Source: Candidatus Omnitrophota bacterium (GTDB taxonomy: Bacteria > Omnitrophota > Gorgyraeia > Zapsychrales > JAKLDJ01). From it: a stretch of 64,000 nt of DNA. The notes below the pieces were generated by a model, which ran no database searches, was not told where the DNA came from, and saw only the letters and a list, made by a program, of their open reading frames with translations. The first letter of the stretch is position 1, and each line of letters starts with the position of its first letter. Location: contig JAKLDJ010000002.1 in the NCBI GenBank assembly GCA_022703585.1, forward strand, positions 91,413 to 155,412, written 5' to 3'. The translations under genes were made by a program, and so were the position numbers. Shown piece after piece: positions 31,939 to 41,739 of this stretch.

Positions 31939-33213
31939 TTATACCTTTTCTATCAGCTCTTTTATCTTCGAGGAAACTTCGTCTTTGCCCAGCTTCATGA
32001 CCTCTCCGGTGCGGCGGTTTTTGATCTCTACTTTCCCTTCAGCGAACGTCCGCTTACCGATAACAATCCGAAGCGGGATCCCGATAAGATCGGCATCGTT
32101 AAACTTAACCCCAGCGGTTACATCACGGTCATCGATCAGGGCTTCTAAGCCCAACCGGCTTAGGTCCTGATAGTAATTTTCGGCCAATTCCATAATGCCG
32201 CTATCAGCCATTTGCACCGGCAGAATTTCAACATCAAACGGCGCGACCTCTTTCGGCCAAATGATACCGGCTGCGTCGTTGTGGCTCTCGACCACGGCCG
32301 CAATCAAACGGCTTACCCCAATACCGTAACAGCCCATGATAATCGTCTGCTGTTGCCCATTCTCATCTAAAAAGTTTGCCCCTTGAGCCTGGCTGTATTT
32401 TGTACCCAGTTGAAATATGTGCCCGAGCTCAATGGCAACTTTTTTTTCCAATGTCCCTTTGGCGCACTGCGGACACGACCCGTTTTCCAATGACTGTACC
32501 TGAGCTCCCCCCATAGCTTGCCCGCAGGCATTACAGATCAAAACCGCGTCTTCACCGATAGCCCCGGGTACCATAAATTCGTGCGAAATGTCCCCTCCCA
32601 TAGCGCCCGAATCAGCCTTGACCGCGATGGCGTTAAGATTGCAGCGCTTAAAAATCTTTTCGTAGGCACCGTACATCAGCTGGTAATTTCTCTCCAAACC
32701 TTTTTTGTCTCGGTCAAAGCTGTAGGCATCCTTCATAATGAATTCGCAAGCCCGCACAATCCCAAAACGCGGCCGTATTTCATCTCTAAATTTCGTTTGA
32801 ATCTGATACAAAACCAGCGGCAACTGCCGGTAGGACTGGACAAAATCTTTTACCAAATCCGTAATGATCTCTTCATGGGTAGGCCCCAGACACATATCCT
32901 TACCGCGTTTATCTTTAAAACGAATCATCACCTCGGCTAAGGTCTTATCTCGTCCGGTCTGTTGCCAAAGCTCCAGGGGCTGAAGGCAGGGCAAGAATAA
33001 TTCCTGGGCACCTATCGCATTCATTTCTTCGCGGATAATATCCTGAATACGGTTTAAAACTCTTAAACCTAAAGGCAGATAAGAATACACCCCAGAGGTA
33101 AGCATGTGGATTAAACCGGCCCGCAGCAAAAGCTGATGGCTAACCGCCTCCGTCCCTACGGGAGCTTCTTTTGCCGTCGGAATAAAATAACTTGACCAGC
33201 GCATAACCTTCAA
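31939..33213 (-). CDS. proS: Prolyl-tRNA synthetase (short form lacking the INS editing domain)
   Basis: 424 aa. Class II motifs. At 424 aa it is too short to hold the inserted editing domain. Confidence 0.9.
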   Translation of the reverse strand: MKVMRWSSYFIPTAKEAPVGTEAVSHQLLLRAGLIHMLTSGVYSYLPLGLRVLNRIQDIIREEMNAIGAQELFLPCLQPLELWQQTGRDKTLAEVMIRFKDKRGKDMCLGPTHEEIITDLVKDFVQSYRQLPLVLYQIQTKFRDEIRPRFGIVRACEFIMKDAYSFDRDKKGLERNYQLMYGAYEKIFKRCNLNAIAVKADSGAMGGDISHEFMVPGAIGEDAVLICNACGQAMGGAQVQSLENGSCPQCAKGTLEKKVAIELGHIFQLGTKYSQAQGANFLDENGQQQTIIMGCYGIGVSRLIAAVVESHNDAAGIIWPKEVAPFDVEILPVQMADSGIMELAENYYQDLSRLGLEALIDDRDVTAGVKFNDADLIGIPLRIVIGKRTFAEGKVEIKNRRTGEVMKLGKDEVSSKIKELIEKV

Positions 33214-33221
33214 TTTCCTTT

Positions 33222-34484
33222 CTATTCAAAAAGTCCGGCCGGAAGAGGCACGTTTCTTTTAACGAATTTCTCGTAAAAAGAAGGCCGCTTCTTACTGGCA
33301 ATCCAATCGCCGATAACCTTGCCGTTGGCTTCGACGCGTTCCTGTTTATAATAAAATATATTCTCCAAAGAAATTTCATTGCTGTCCAGCAAATGCCTGA
33401 CGTCAGTAATATAGGTTATTTTTCTGGTTCCGTCCAAGAAAAGTTCCGTGTGGACAATCAGATCAACGGCACTGGCAATCTGCCGGCGTATTTCATCCAC
33501 GCTTAATTGAATTCCAGAGATTAAAATCATGGTTACTAAACGGTTAAAACAGTCGCGCGGCGAATCAGCGTGAACAATTGCCAAAGACCCCGTATGGCCG
33601 CTGCTGATCGCTTGAATCATGTCCAAGGCCTCGGAGCCGCGAACCTCACCGATAATAATCCGGTCAGGGCGCATGCGCAGAGAATTAACAAATAAATCCC
33701 GGATGGAGATCGTCCCCTTGCCTTCGATATTGGCGGTTTTCGATTGCAACCGAACCACGTGATCCTGCATAAGACGAAGCTCAGCAGTATCCTCAATCGT
33801 CACAATGCGCTCTTCTACCGGAATATAACGCGAGAGGACATTCAAGGTTGTCGTTTTTCCGGTTCCGGTCGCGCCGCAAAAAACAATATTAAGCTTGGCC
33901 TTAATCGATGCCAGAAGAAATTCCGCCATGGCCTTATTTAACATATCACGGCCCAGGAGATCTTCCATTTTCACAATATCCGGGGCAAATTTTCGTATCG
34001 TCACCACCGGCCCGATCAAAGAAACGGGCGGCAGAATAATGTTGACGCGCGATCCGTCGTTAAGAGAAAAATCCACGTAAGGCGAGGATTCATCCACCCG
34101 CCTGCCGGAGCCCGAGGCCGCGATAATCTTTTGAATGGTATGAAAAAGGTGGTGCTCATCATCAAATTTAACCGGAGCTAATTCCATATGCCCCCTACGC
34201 TGGACGTAAATTTGCCGGGGGCCGTTAATCATGACTTCGGTAACAGAGGTATCCTCCATGAGCGGCCGCAAGGGGCCAAAACTCACCACCGCGCTGACCA
34301 GTTCTCGGATAAGGGCCGTGCGTTCCTCTTCGGTCAAGGCAACCTCTTCCTTGGCGCAGAATTCGCTAATTGTCTTGGAAACAAAAACTCGCAATTGATC
34401 CTCGGAAAGCTTGTCTTTAACCGCCAGAAAATCCGTTTTTGTGGCAAAATACTGATGAATTTTGGCTCGTACTTTATCGATCAT
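33222..34484 (-). CDS. CpaF/TadA/VirB11-family secretion ATPase (type II/IV secretion NTPase)
   Basis: 420 aa. Walker A GATGTGKTT, Asp box, and His box (SGHTGSL). Confidence 0.75.
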   Translation of the reverse strand: MIDKVRAKIHQYFATKTDFLAVKDKLSEDQLRVFVSKTISEFCAKEEVALTEEERTALIRELVSAVVSFGPLRPLMEDTSVTEVMINGPRQIYVQRRGHMELAPVKFDDEHHLFHTIQKIIAASGSGRRVDESSPYVDFSLNDGSRVNIILPPVSLIGPVVTIRKFAPDIVKMEDLLGRDMLNKAMAEFLLASIKAKLNIVFCGATGTGKTTTLNVLSRYIPVEERIVTIEDTAELRLMQDHVVRLQSKTANIEGKGTISIRDLFVNSLRMRPDRIIIGEVRGSEALDMIQAISSGHTGSLAIVHADSPRDCFNRLVTMILISGIQLSVDEIRRQIASAVDLIVHTELFLDGTRKITYITDVRHLLDSNEISLENIFYYKQERVEANGKVIGDWIASKKRPSFYEKFVKRNVPLPAGLFE

Positions 34485-34516
34485 ATTTTATCCGCTCCTT
34501 AATTTCAGTTAACATG

Positions 34517-35605
34517 TTACGGATTAAAATTCCGCCACAGGCCGATGATCTTGTCAAACCATCCAAAACGAACCATGTCGCTATAAAATATAAATACCGC
34601 CAGGCATAAAATAAGAGTTAACCCGGCACGATTAATCGCCTCATCCACTTTTGCCGATAAAGCTTTTTTACGAATTTTTTCTATCGCCAGAAAGAACAAA
34701 TGCCCCCCGTCTAGAATAGGCAACGGCAGAAAGTTAAAAATAGCCAGGCTAGCGCTGATAATCCCCATGATATACAAAAGATACGATATCCCTAAAGTCG
34801 CCGCCTGCTTAATAATGTAGTAGATGCCGATGGGGCCGGTCATCGTGTCCTTAGGAGACATCGCGCCCGTCATGATCCGATACAGCGCCTTATAGGTGGT
34901 TGCGGTAATGTCAAACAGCTGCTGAGCGGCCCTTACCAGCGACTGAGACAAGCCGTACTTTAGAATGACAATTTCTTCTTTAGGCTTTATCCCGACAACG
35001 CGAATATCTTCTGTCTGGCCAAAAATATTTTCGAGCCTTTTAACCGTTGGCTCGATAGTCTTTTTTATTTCCATGCCGTTTCTAACAACCGTAAAGGTAA
35101 GCACCTTGTCCTTCGAGGTCATAATAGAGCGCTGCATCTCTTCCCAACTGTTGATCGGGGTTTGGCCAATACGAATAATTTTGTCACCCACTTCCAATCC
35201 TGCCGACTGCGCCGGAAGCCCGCTTAATAATTCTCCGACTTTTGCTGACAAGGTTGGATAACCGGTCACAAAAACAATGACAAAACAAACATAGGCCATG
35301 ACGTAATTAACAACCGGCCCCATAAGAACAATCAACGCCCGGTGGCCCGGCGGTTTTGAATAGAATTCTTCCGCCAAACCCTTACAATTGGGACGTTCAT
35401 CACCGGCCATTTTTACGTAACCGCCCAAAGGAATCAGGCACACGGCGAATTCCGTATTGTCGTAGTTAAGCGAGAAGAGCTTCGGCCCAAAGCCAATAGC
35501 AAATCGTTCAACCCTTACCCCGAGTCTTTTGGCCATAATAAAATGCCCAAACTCGTGGACAACAATAAGAATCCCTAAAACCGCAAGAAAGACAAGAATG
35601 CTCAT
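34517..35605 (-). CDS. rseP: RIP metalloprotease RseP (site-2 protease)
   Basis: 362 aa. HEFGH zinc motif in TM1, PDZ domain, and LPLPxLDGG C-terminal motif (LPLPILDGGH). Confidence 0.85.
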   Translation of the reverse strand: MSILVFLAVLGILIVVHEFGHFIMAKRLGVRVERFAIGFGPKLFSLNYDNTEFAVCLIPLGGYVKMAGDERPNCKGLAEEFYSKPPGHRALIVLMGPVVNYVMAYVCFVIVFVTGYPTLSAKVGELLSGLPAQSAGLEVGDKIIRIGQTPINSWEEMQRSIMTSKDKVLTFTVVRNGMEIKKTIEPTVKRLENIFGQTEDIRVVGIKPKEEIVILKYGLSQSLVRAAQQLFDITATTYKALYRIMTGAMSPKDTMTGPIGIYYIIKQAATLGISYLLYIMGIISASLAIFNFLPLPILDGGHLFFLAIEKIRKKALSAKVDEAINRAGLTLILCLAVFIFYSDMVRFGWFDKIIGLWRNFNP

Positions 35606-35608
35606 TTT

Positions 35609-36763
35609 TTAATTTAGAATTAAACCTTTCGCTTGTTCCCGCGCCCAGCCGTCCGCCGCCCAAACATCTTCGAGGGTGGGGGATTGGATGCTGCGGTGTT
35701 TTGAAACTACTTTCTCGACAATTTTGTATATGCCGAGGAAATTCACCTTGTTATTTAAGAACGCCTCAACGGCTTCTTCGTTGGCCGCGTTTAAAACACA
35801 CGGCGTTGTTCCTTTATCCCGGGCTACGTCCATGCACAGCTGCAATGCCGGAAATTTATTCAAATCCGGTTTTTTAAACGTCAGCTGCCGCAATTTCAAG
35901 AAATCCATATCCTTAAGATTCGTTTTAAAACGCCGCGGGTAGGTCAAGGCATACTGAATGGGAAGCCGCATATCGGTTATCCCCAACTGCGCCAGAATAG
36001 ATCCATCGCGAAATTCTACCATCGAATGAATCACCGCCTGGGGGTGAATTAAAACCTCGATAGCGTCGGCATCCAAATTAAACAGCCACATCGCCTCAAT
36101 AATTTCTAACCCTTTATTCATAAGAGTCGCCGAGTCGACGGTAATTTTTTTTCCCATTTTCCAGCGCGGGTGTTTTAAAATCCGGCTCACCGACAACTTC
36201 CCGAATTCGCTTTTGGGCACATCACATAACGACCCACCCGAAGCCGTCAGGTAGACCTTGTTTAATTCACTTTTATTCTTCCCATCAAGGCACTGAAATA
36301 TCGCGCTCTGCTCGCTGTCGACGGGAACAATCGTCGCATTGTGCCTCTTAGCCTCTTTGATAATAATATGTCCGGCCATCACCAAGGCCTCTTTGTTGGC
36401 CAGGGCAACTGTTTTCCCTGACCGCACCGCCCCTAAGAGAGGCTTGAGAGCTGCCGCACCTCGAATCCCCAGGACAACCGTATCCACCTGCGGACTATTA
36501 ACAATCGGGGCCATCCCCTCTTCGACGCAGAACAACTTTGACTTTCCCAAGCCCCGGCATTTGTGTAAGTATTCAATGCCCTGTCGGCTGGCCCCGGCAT
36601 AAAGAGGGGAAAACTTTTTTATCTGCTGCTCTAATAATCTTGTATTCGTATAAGCCGAAAGGGCAACAACTTGAAATTCTTTTGGGAATCGTTCAACCAC
36701 CCGCAAGGTATTAATACCGATGGAACCTGTTGACCCTAAGACCGCAATTCTTTTTAAATGCAT
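35609..36763 (-). CDS. dxr: 1-deoxy-D-xylulose 5-phosphate reductoisomerase
   Basis: 384 aa. LGSTGSIG NADPH-binding N-terminus. Confidence 0.9.
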   Translation of the reverse strand: MHLKRIAVLGSTGSIGINTLRVVERFPKEFQVVALSAYTNTRLLEQQIKKFSPLYAGASRQGIEYLHKCRGLGKSKLFCVEEGMAPIVNSPQVDTVVLGIRGAAALKPLLGAVRSGKTVALANKEALVMAGHIIIKEAKRHNATIVPVDSEQSAIFQCLDGKNKSELNKVYLTASGGSLCDVPKSEFGKLSVSRILKHPRWKMGKKITVDSATLMNKGLEIIEAMWLFNLDADAIEVLIHPQAVIHSMVEFRDGSILAQLGITDMRLPIQYALTYPRRFKTNLKDMDFLKLRQLTFKKPDLNKFPALQLCMDVARDKGTTPCVLNAANEEAVEAFLNNKVNFLGIYKIVEKVVSKHRSIQSPTLEDVWAADGWAREQAKGLILN

Positions 36764-36795
36764 GCGTTTAAAGAAAATCGTTCCTGCGATTAAGA

Positions 36796-37653
36796 TTACA
36801 GCGTATTAGAAACCGCGCTTATATACAGATAAAAGGCCGGCGCGGAAAAAAGCAAACTATCAATGACATCCAAGACGCCGCCCATCCCCGGCAAAATATT
36901 GCCCGAGTCTTTGACGTTACAGTCACGCTTGATCAATGATTCGGATAAATCCCCTAATTGACCTATGCATCCAAAAATGGCCCCCATAAGAGCCACGTGG
37001 AGCAAAGAAAAATCAAGGATACCCGGTAACCACCCCTTCGCCAAAACAGCAAAGACAACGCTAAAGACCAGACTCCCTATGCATCCCTCAATCGATTTAT
37101 TGGGGCTAATCCTCGGTAATAAAGGATGCTTGCCGTACCGAATGCCGATCAAGTAGGCACCGATATCGCCGGCTTTAGTAACCAGAAGGATAAAGGCTAG
37201 CAGCTTAACACCCTCTCCGTCAACGCCGGGAAACATCATCCGGATCTTAACTAAGAAACTAAAGAACCAGGAAACGTACAAAACTCCGAAAATCGTTGTC
37301 GATATACCGACAGTCGCATTGCTGTTATCCCGCCGGACAAATTGCATCAAGATAATAATCAAAAAAGCCAGGATCGTAAAAAGGAGTTCCCAGTTTTTCG
37401 TAAGCTCAAAATGCCAAAATATTGAAATCGGTATCAAAACGCCTATGGGGATACCGACATAACTGTAAATGGGGATTCCCTTCTTTTTAATAAGCGTAAA
37501 AAATTCGTAAAGCCCTCCGACAGTTAAGGCAACAATAACGGCAATAAAAATCCAACGGTCAATGACCGCACATACAGCCAAGACACTCAGTGAAGTAGCC
37601 GTCAGTAAACGATTTAAGGGGATGTTACCCTTTTGAGCTGTTGATGTTCCCAT
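36796..37653 (-). CDS. cdsA: Phosphatidate cytidylyltransferase
   Basis: 285 aa. Polytopic. C-terminal CTP-transferase signature (SxxKRxxxxKD and GxxxPGxGGxxDxxD). Confidence 0.8.
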   Translation of the reverse strand: MGTSTAQKGNIPLNRLLTATSLSVLAVCAVIDRWIFIAVIVALTVGGLYEFFTLIKKKGIPIYSYVGIPIGVLIPISIFWHFELTKNWELLFTILAFLIIILMQFVRRDNSNATVGISTTIFGVLYVSWFFSFLVKIRMMFPGVDGEGVKLLAFILLVTKAGDIGAYLIGIRYGKHPLLPRISPNKSIEGCIGSLVFSVVFAVLAKGWLPGILDFSLLHVALMGAIFGCIGQLGDLSESLIKRDCNVKDSGNILPGMGGVLDVIDSLLFSAPAFYLYISAVSNTL

Positions 37654-38350
37654 ACCGCCTCTCTCTGAGCCTGAAGTCTTCGATGGCCTTATCGAATTCC
37701 GCTTTGTTAAAATCCGGCCAGAATTTATCCGTAAAATAAAGTTCGGCGTAGGACAACTGCCATAACAAAAAGTTGCTGATTCTTTTTTCTCCGGAGGTGC
37801 GAATCAAGAGATCCGGATCCGGCAGCCCGGCCGTATAGAGCGCCTTATTAAAAACCTCTTCATCGATATCCTGAACGCTCATTTTATTGCCTTTAACCTT
37901 ATCAGCAATTTTCTTAACGGCGTCAATGATCTCGCAGCGCCCTCCGTAATTAAACGCGATATTTAAAATCATCCCCGTATTCTTCTGGGTTAATTTCCTA
38001 ACGGCATCAATTGTCTTCAAGACTTCTGTGGGAACACCTTCCCGCCGACCAATAGACTGCAACCGGATATTAGCCCGGTTCAGCTCCCTGGCTTTCTTAT
38101 TGAGAACCGAAATCAAAGTCTTCATGAGAATTGAAACCTCATCCTTGGGCCGATTCCAATTCTCGGTTGAGAAAGTAAACAGGGTTAAAACTTTAATGCC
38201 CATATCGCTGGCGGATTTGATCACCTCTTCGACCCTTTTCACACCTTCAAGATGACCCTGGGTACGCAACAGCCTTCTTTGCCGGGCCCACCGGCCGTTG
38301 CCGTCCATAATGATGGCAACATGTACGGGCAAACTATTTAATTCCTTCAT
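37625..38350 (-). CDS. uppS: Undecaprenyl pyrophosphate synthase
   Basis: 241 aa. HVAIIMDGNGRWA motif. The uppS-cdsA-dxr-rseP order is conserved. Confidence 0.9.
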   Translation of the reverse strand: MKELNSLPVHVAIIMDGNGRWARQRRLLRTQGHLEGVKRVEEVIKSASDMGIKVLTLFTFSTENWNRPKDEVSILMKTLISVLNKKARELNRANIRLQSIGRREGVPTEVLKTIDAVRKLTQKNTGMILNIAFNYGGRCEIIDAVKKIADKVKGNKMSVQDIDEEVFNKALYTAGLPDPDLLIRTSGEKRISNFLLWQLSYAELYFTDKFWPDFNKAEFDKAIEDFRLRERRYGNINSSKG

Positions 38351-38399
38351 GGAATATTCTTAGCCTTAATTAAAATCCGCAATATCCGATTTAAACCGC

Positions 38400-39983
38400 T
38401 TACTGGTGCACCTTATAATCAATCTCAGGGAATATATTGTCTTTTGACTCGATGTCACTCAACCAATAATCATCGACGCTATTGCTCCGGATGCTGTCGT
38501 AAAGATGATTGAATCTTGCCAGGTGTTCCTTGGTACGTTTGATCGCGTAGGGCACATGCGTTCCCGTTCCCATAATAAACGCCCAGTCCGAACTCTGCGC
38601 CAACAGAAGCTCGCGCAAAGCTTGATTCAATGCCCTTCGGGTCAAACCGTTGACATTGGTGCGGCTATGCATCTTGGCCAATTCCGTCATGCGCTCAGAG
38701 GCTTTATGCAGATGCCTGTAAACCCAGTCATTGGACCCCTGCAGCCAAACCTCGCAGTATCCCTTGTATCCCCAGCTGGACATCGATGGGGTAACGACTT
38801 GATTGCGGGGATTTTCTGCCAAATACTCCGAAGGCGTTATCATGCGGATCGTATCTTGGTCAAAATGGATTTTACGAATCAGAAAATCCAGCCACTGCGG
38901 CCCTTCAAACCACCAGTGCCCGTAAAGCTCCGCGTCGTAAGGAGAAACGATCAACGGCTTTTGCTTTAGAAAATCATAAAGGTATTCAACCTGTTGATGA
39001 CGATTAAACAGGAAATTCCCGGCGTGGTCCGCTGCCTTATCCATGGCCATTTTCCGGTTGTAGGGCTGCTTTTCTTCGGTTGGCCCGCTAATCCGGTAAT
39101 ATTTTATCCCGGTATTCACCCGTACTCCGTCGGGAAGAATATAGGGTTTGATATAATCAAAGTCCAAATCATAACCGATATCCCGATAAAATTCGCGGTA
39201 AAGATAGTCACCCGGATAGCCTTCAATAGACGACCAGACTTGCTTCGAGGATTCCAGGTCACGGCCTAAAGCCGCAACACCGGAAGGGCAATACACAGGG
39301 GCAAAGGTTCCGTATTTCGGCCGGGGAGAACCATGCAGGATACCGTGAGCATCCAAAAAGAAAAACTTAATTCCGGCTTCTTTAAGAATCGCATCGCAAC
39401 CCGGGTTATACCCGCACTCCGGAAGCCATATCCCCCGGGGAGGCCTTCCGAAAATATTGCGGTAATGGGATGCGGCCACCTTCACCTGGGCCCGTATCGA
39501 TTCCTGACAGACATCCATGAGAGGAAAAAATCCGTGCGTCGCACCGCAGGTAATGATTTCGACCTTGCCCCGATCCTGGAAATCTTTAAAAGGTACGGTA
39601 AGATTCTTTCCGTAACGCAAAAAGGTGTTTCGTGCGGTTGTAAAGAAATCCAGATACATCTTTGCCAATTCACGAAATTCCGGCTGCCACTGGGTCCGAT
39701 GGACTTCTTTCTCGGCCAATTCAATCAGTTTATTGATGTGCTTCAAGTAGCGGTCCTGCAATAAAGGATCGCAGAACATCGAAAGCAGCGTGGGACTTAA
39801 GGTCATGGTCATGCGAAAATCCACGCCATCGTTGATTAATTTCTCAAAAACAAGAATAAGCGGAATATAGGTCTCAGTAATCGCCTCGTAAAACCAGCTT
39901 TCCTCTAAGAAATTATCATACTCCGGATGCCGGACATACGGAAGGTGACCGTGCAGCACCAAATTCAAATAACCTTTTTCCAT
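38400..39983 (-). CDS. Glycoside hydrolase family 57 protein (probable 1,4-alpha-glucan branching enzyme, DUF1957 C-domain)
   Basis: 527 aa. N-terminal LVLHGHLPYVRHPEY is typical of GH57 branching enzymes. Confidence 0.75.
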   Translation of the reverse strand: MEKGYLNLVLHGHLPYVRHPEYDNFLEESWFYEAITETYIPLILVFEKLINDGVDFRMTMTLSPTLLSMFCDPLLQDRYLKHINKLIELAEKEVHRTQWQPEFRELAKMYLDFFTTARNTFLRYGKNLTVPFKDFQDRGKVEIITCGATHGFFPLMDVCQESIRAQVKVAASHYRNIFGRPPRGIWLPECGYNPGCDAILKEAGIKFFFLDAHGILHGSPRPKYGTFAPVYCPSGVAALGRDLESSKQVWSSIEGYPGDYLYREFYRDIGYDLDFDYIKPYILPDGVRVNTGIKYYRISGPTEEKQPYNRKMAMDKAADHAGNFLFNRHQQVEYLYDFLKQKPLIVSPYDAELYGHWWFEGPQWLDFLIRKIHFDQDTIRMITPSEYLAENPRNQVVTPSMSSWGYKGYCEVWLQGSNDWVYRHLHKASERMTELAKMHSRTNVNGLTRRALNQALRELLLAQSSDWAFIMGTGTHVPYAIKRTKEHLARFNHLYDSIRSNSVDDYWLSDIESKDNIFPEIDYKVHQ

Positions 39984-40049
39984 AAAAAATCCCCCTTTAA
40001 GAAAACCTATCGGATGATCGGAATCTTAATTCCCTAAAATCGCCAGATT

Positions 40050-41105
40050 TTAATGGGTTTCTTTAGAGACGACAGGCGTGATAGACCTATAGTCTTCACC
40101 ATCAGACGACCGAGCTTCGACAGGAATCGTTTGCTTGCCGTCCGGCAAGGCAAACCGCAGCGAAAAAGTTCCGTCTTTCTTTAGCTTGATCGGCTTACCG
40201 CACACGGTGACTTTAGCGTCTGGTTCGGTAGCGCCGTAGACGATAAGCTCCGTGTTAACGACCAGCCAGAATCCCTTTTGCCCCTTGGCCTTGACGTAGA
40301 CCTTGCGGGGGCTGCTGATTGAAAATAGACCCGGAGAACTTATGTGTAGGAGCCTCAGTTTCTCTCGCTTGACCCGTTCAAGCATCCCCTTACCCGTCGG
40401 AGAAGCAGGTCCAAAACCAAAACCCATTCCGTACAAGCGGGTAAAAATCTCGTCCGGAACCATCCATTCTTCATCGGTCATCCAGGATGGACCGTCTAAA
40501 GGCGTCGTAACACTATTGGAACGTGCCAATGCAATAAAACGGCCGTTACGGAGCCTAAAACCGATTTCGACACACCATCCACGACCCGGGCCTCCGGTAT
40601 CAATATACCAACTCTTCGCATCAAAACTAATTTCGATATCAAAATGGCGATGTGCGTTGCGTCCGTTAAAGGTGATAAAGCTCACATCATAAACTCTTAA
40701 GATAGATTGCGCCCCTTCAAACTCAGCCCCCAACCGTTGCTTGGTCTCTTCTATCGTGTGATGCCGTAGTTCCCAATAGGCATGAATCCACCACGGGTCA
40801 CGGACCTGGATAATAATTTTGTCTTCATGATAACGATCGGGCAATTCAGAGGACATCGGACGGCCGGGCTCGAGTTGATAGCCGGTATAAAATTTGGCAG
40901 AAGATACTTCTTGCTGGACAGAATCAACCCCTACTGTCTTTTCAATAGATTTTTCGGATCGGCGCTTCAGGAGGCTGGTAAGGAGGCTGGACTTTCTTCG
41001 TTTTGCGGTCTTCGCGCGCGCAGCAGTTTCTTTTACCGGCGTACGTTTTAAGACTTTCAATAGTGAACTCTTTTTCTTCGCCAAAGAGCTCGTCTTCTTC
41101 TTCAT
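40050..41105 (-). CDS. DUF4912-domain protein with basic low-complexity N-terminus
   Basis: 351 aa. Lys/Ser/Arg-rich first ~60 aa, then a conserved globular domain (IIIQVRDPWWIHAYWEL). This family usually sits next to GH57 genes. Confidence 0.55.
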   Translation of the reverse strand: MKKKTSSLAKKKSSLLKVLKRTPVKETAARAKTAKRRKSSLLTSLLKRRSEKSIEKTVGVDSVQQEVSSAKFYTGYQLEPGRPMSSELPDRYHEDKIIIQVRDPWWIHAYWELRHHTIEETKQRLGAEFEGAQSILRVYDVSFITFNGRNAHRHFDIEISFDAKSWYIDTGGPGRGWCVEIGFRLRNGRFIALARSNSVTTPLDGPSWMTDEEWMVPDEIFTRLYGMGFGFGPASPTGKGMLERVKREKLRLLHISSPGLFSISSPRKVYVKAKGQKGFWLVVNTELIVYGATEPDAKVTVCGKPIKLKKDGTFSLRFALPDGKQTIPVEARSSDGEDYRSITPVVSKETH

Positions 41106-41193
41106 TGTACCCTCCGTTTCCGAAAAACCTTCGGACTTGTTTTAAATGGCGCTAATGTTTTTCGCCCCTCACTATCTATATCGACTCTTCGAA

Positions 41194-41220
41194 GTAAAAA
41201 GGGGGATTAAAACATCCCCC
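41194..41220 (-). terminator. Intrinsic terminator (7-bp GGGGGAT/ATCCCCC hairpin plus U-tract) after the coiled-coil protein gene
   Basis: The minus strand reads GGGGGATGTTTTAATCCCCCTTTTTACTT. It lies in the 189-nt gap before the DUF4912 gene. Confidence 0.55.
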
Positions 41221-41294
41221 AGCGAAGAAGAAACCATTTCTCTACAAGTTAACAGACGGTCAAAATCATCCTATCGAGCACAAAACATGTTTCT

Positions 41295-41708
41295 CTACTT
41301 TGGTCCCGATCCTTCTATTGGAGGTTGAATCTGTTCTTGCTGGGCACTAGTAGCGTTTTTAAGATCCTGCTCTAATTTGGCGTTTAAGGCCATGACTTTA
41401 TCTAGCTCAGACTTTAAGTTCGAGACAACCGTTTTCTGCTGCTCGAGAACCGAACCCACGCCTTGAGCCTGGTTTTGCGCATTGGCGATATCCGATTGGA
41501 GGGCCTTGATTTTAGAAAGACTTTCGTCCAGCCTTTCCTCAGCACTCATGCGATTATAGCGCTCAACCTCTAAATCTTTCTGAATCTTGCTTACCTTCTT
41601 GCCCGAAACCGTAACCATCACCAAGCAAAACGCCATGACGATAACGGCTAAAATCATCACGACAGGCAATTTCTTCTTCACATCTTTCTCCTTATCGACA
41701 GAAAACAA
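41295..41708 (-). CDS. Small single-pass membrane coiled-coil protein
   Basis: 137 aa. One TM segment, then a heptad-rich region and a Gln-rich C-terminus. Confidence 0.4.
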   Translation of the reverse strand: MFSVDKEKDVKKKLPVVMILAVIVMAFCLVMVTVSGKKVSKIQKDLEVERYNRMSAEERLDESLSKIKALQSDIANAQNQAQGVGSVLEQQKTVVSNLKSELDKVMALNAKLEQDLKNATSAQQEQIQPPIEGSGPK

Positions 41709-41739
41709 GAATCACCGTAACAAACTTTTAAGAAACACC

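Noticed and set aside
26824-33213. T-box or attenuator leaders expected upstream of trpS and proS
   Set aside because: trpS overlaps the infB stop, and proS follows the CpaF-like gene by 8 nt. There is no room for a leader, so these synthetase genes are not T-box regulated here.
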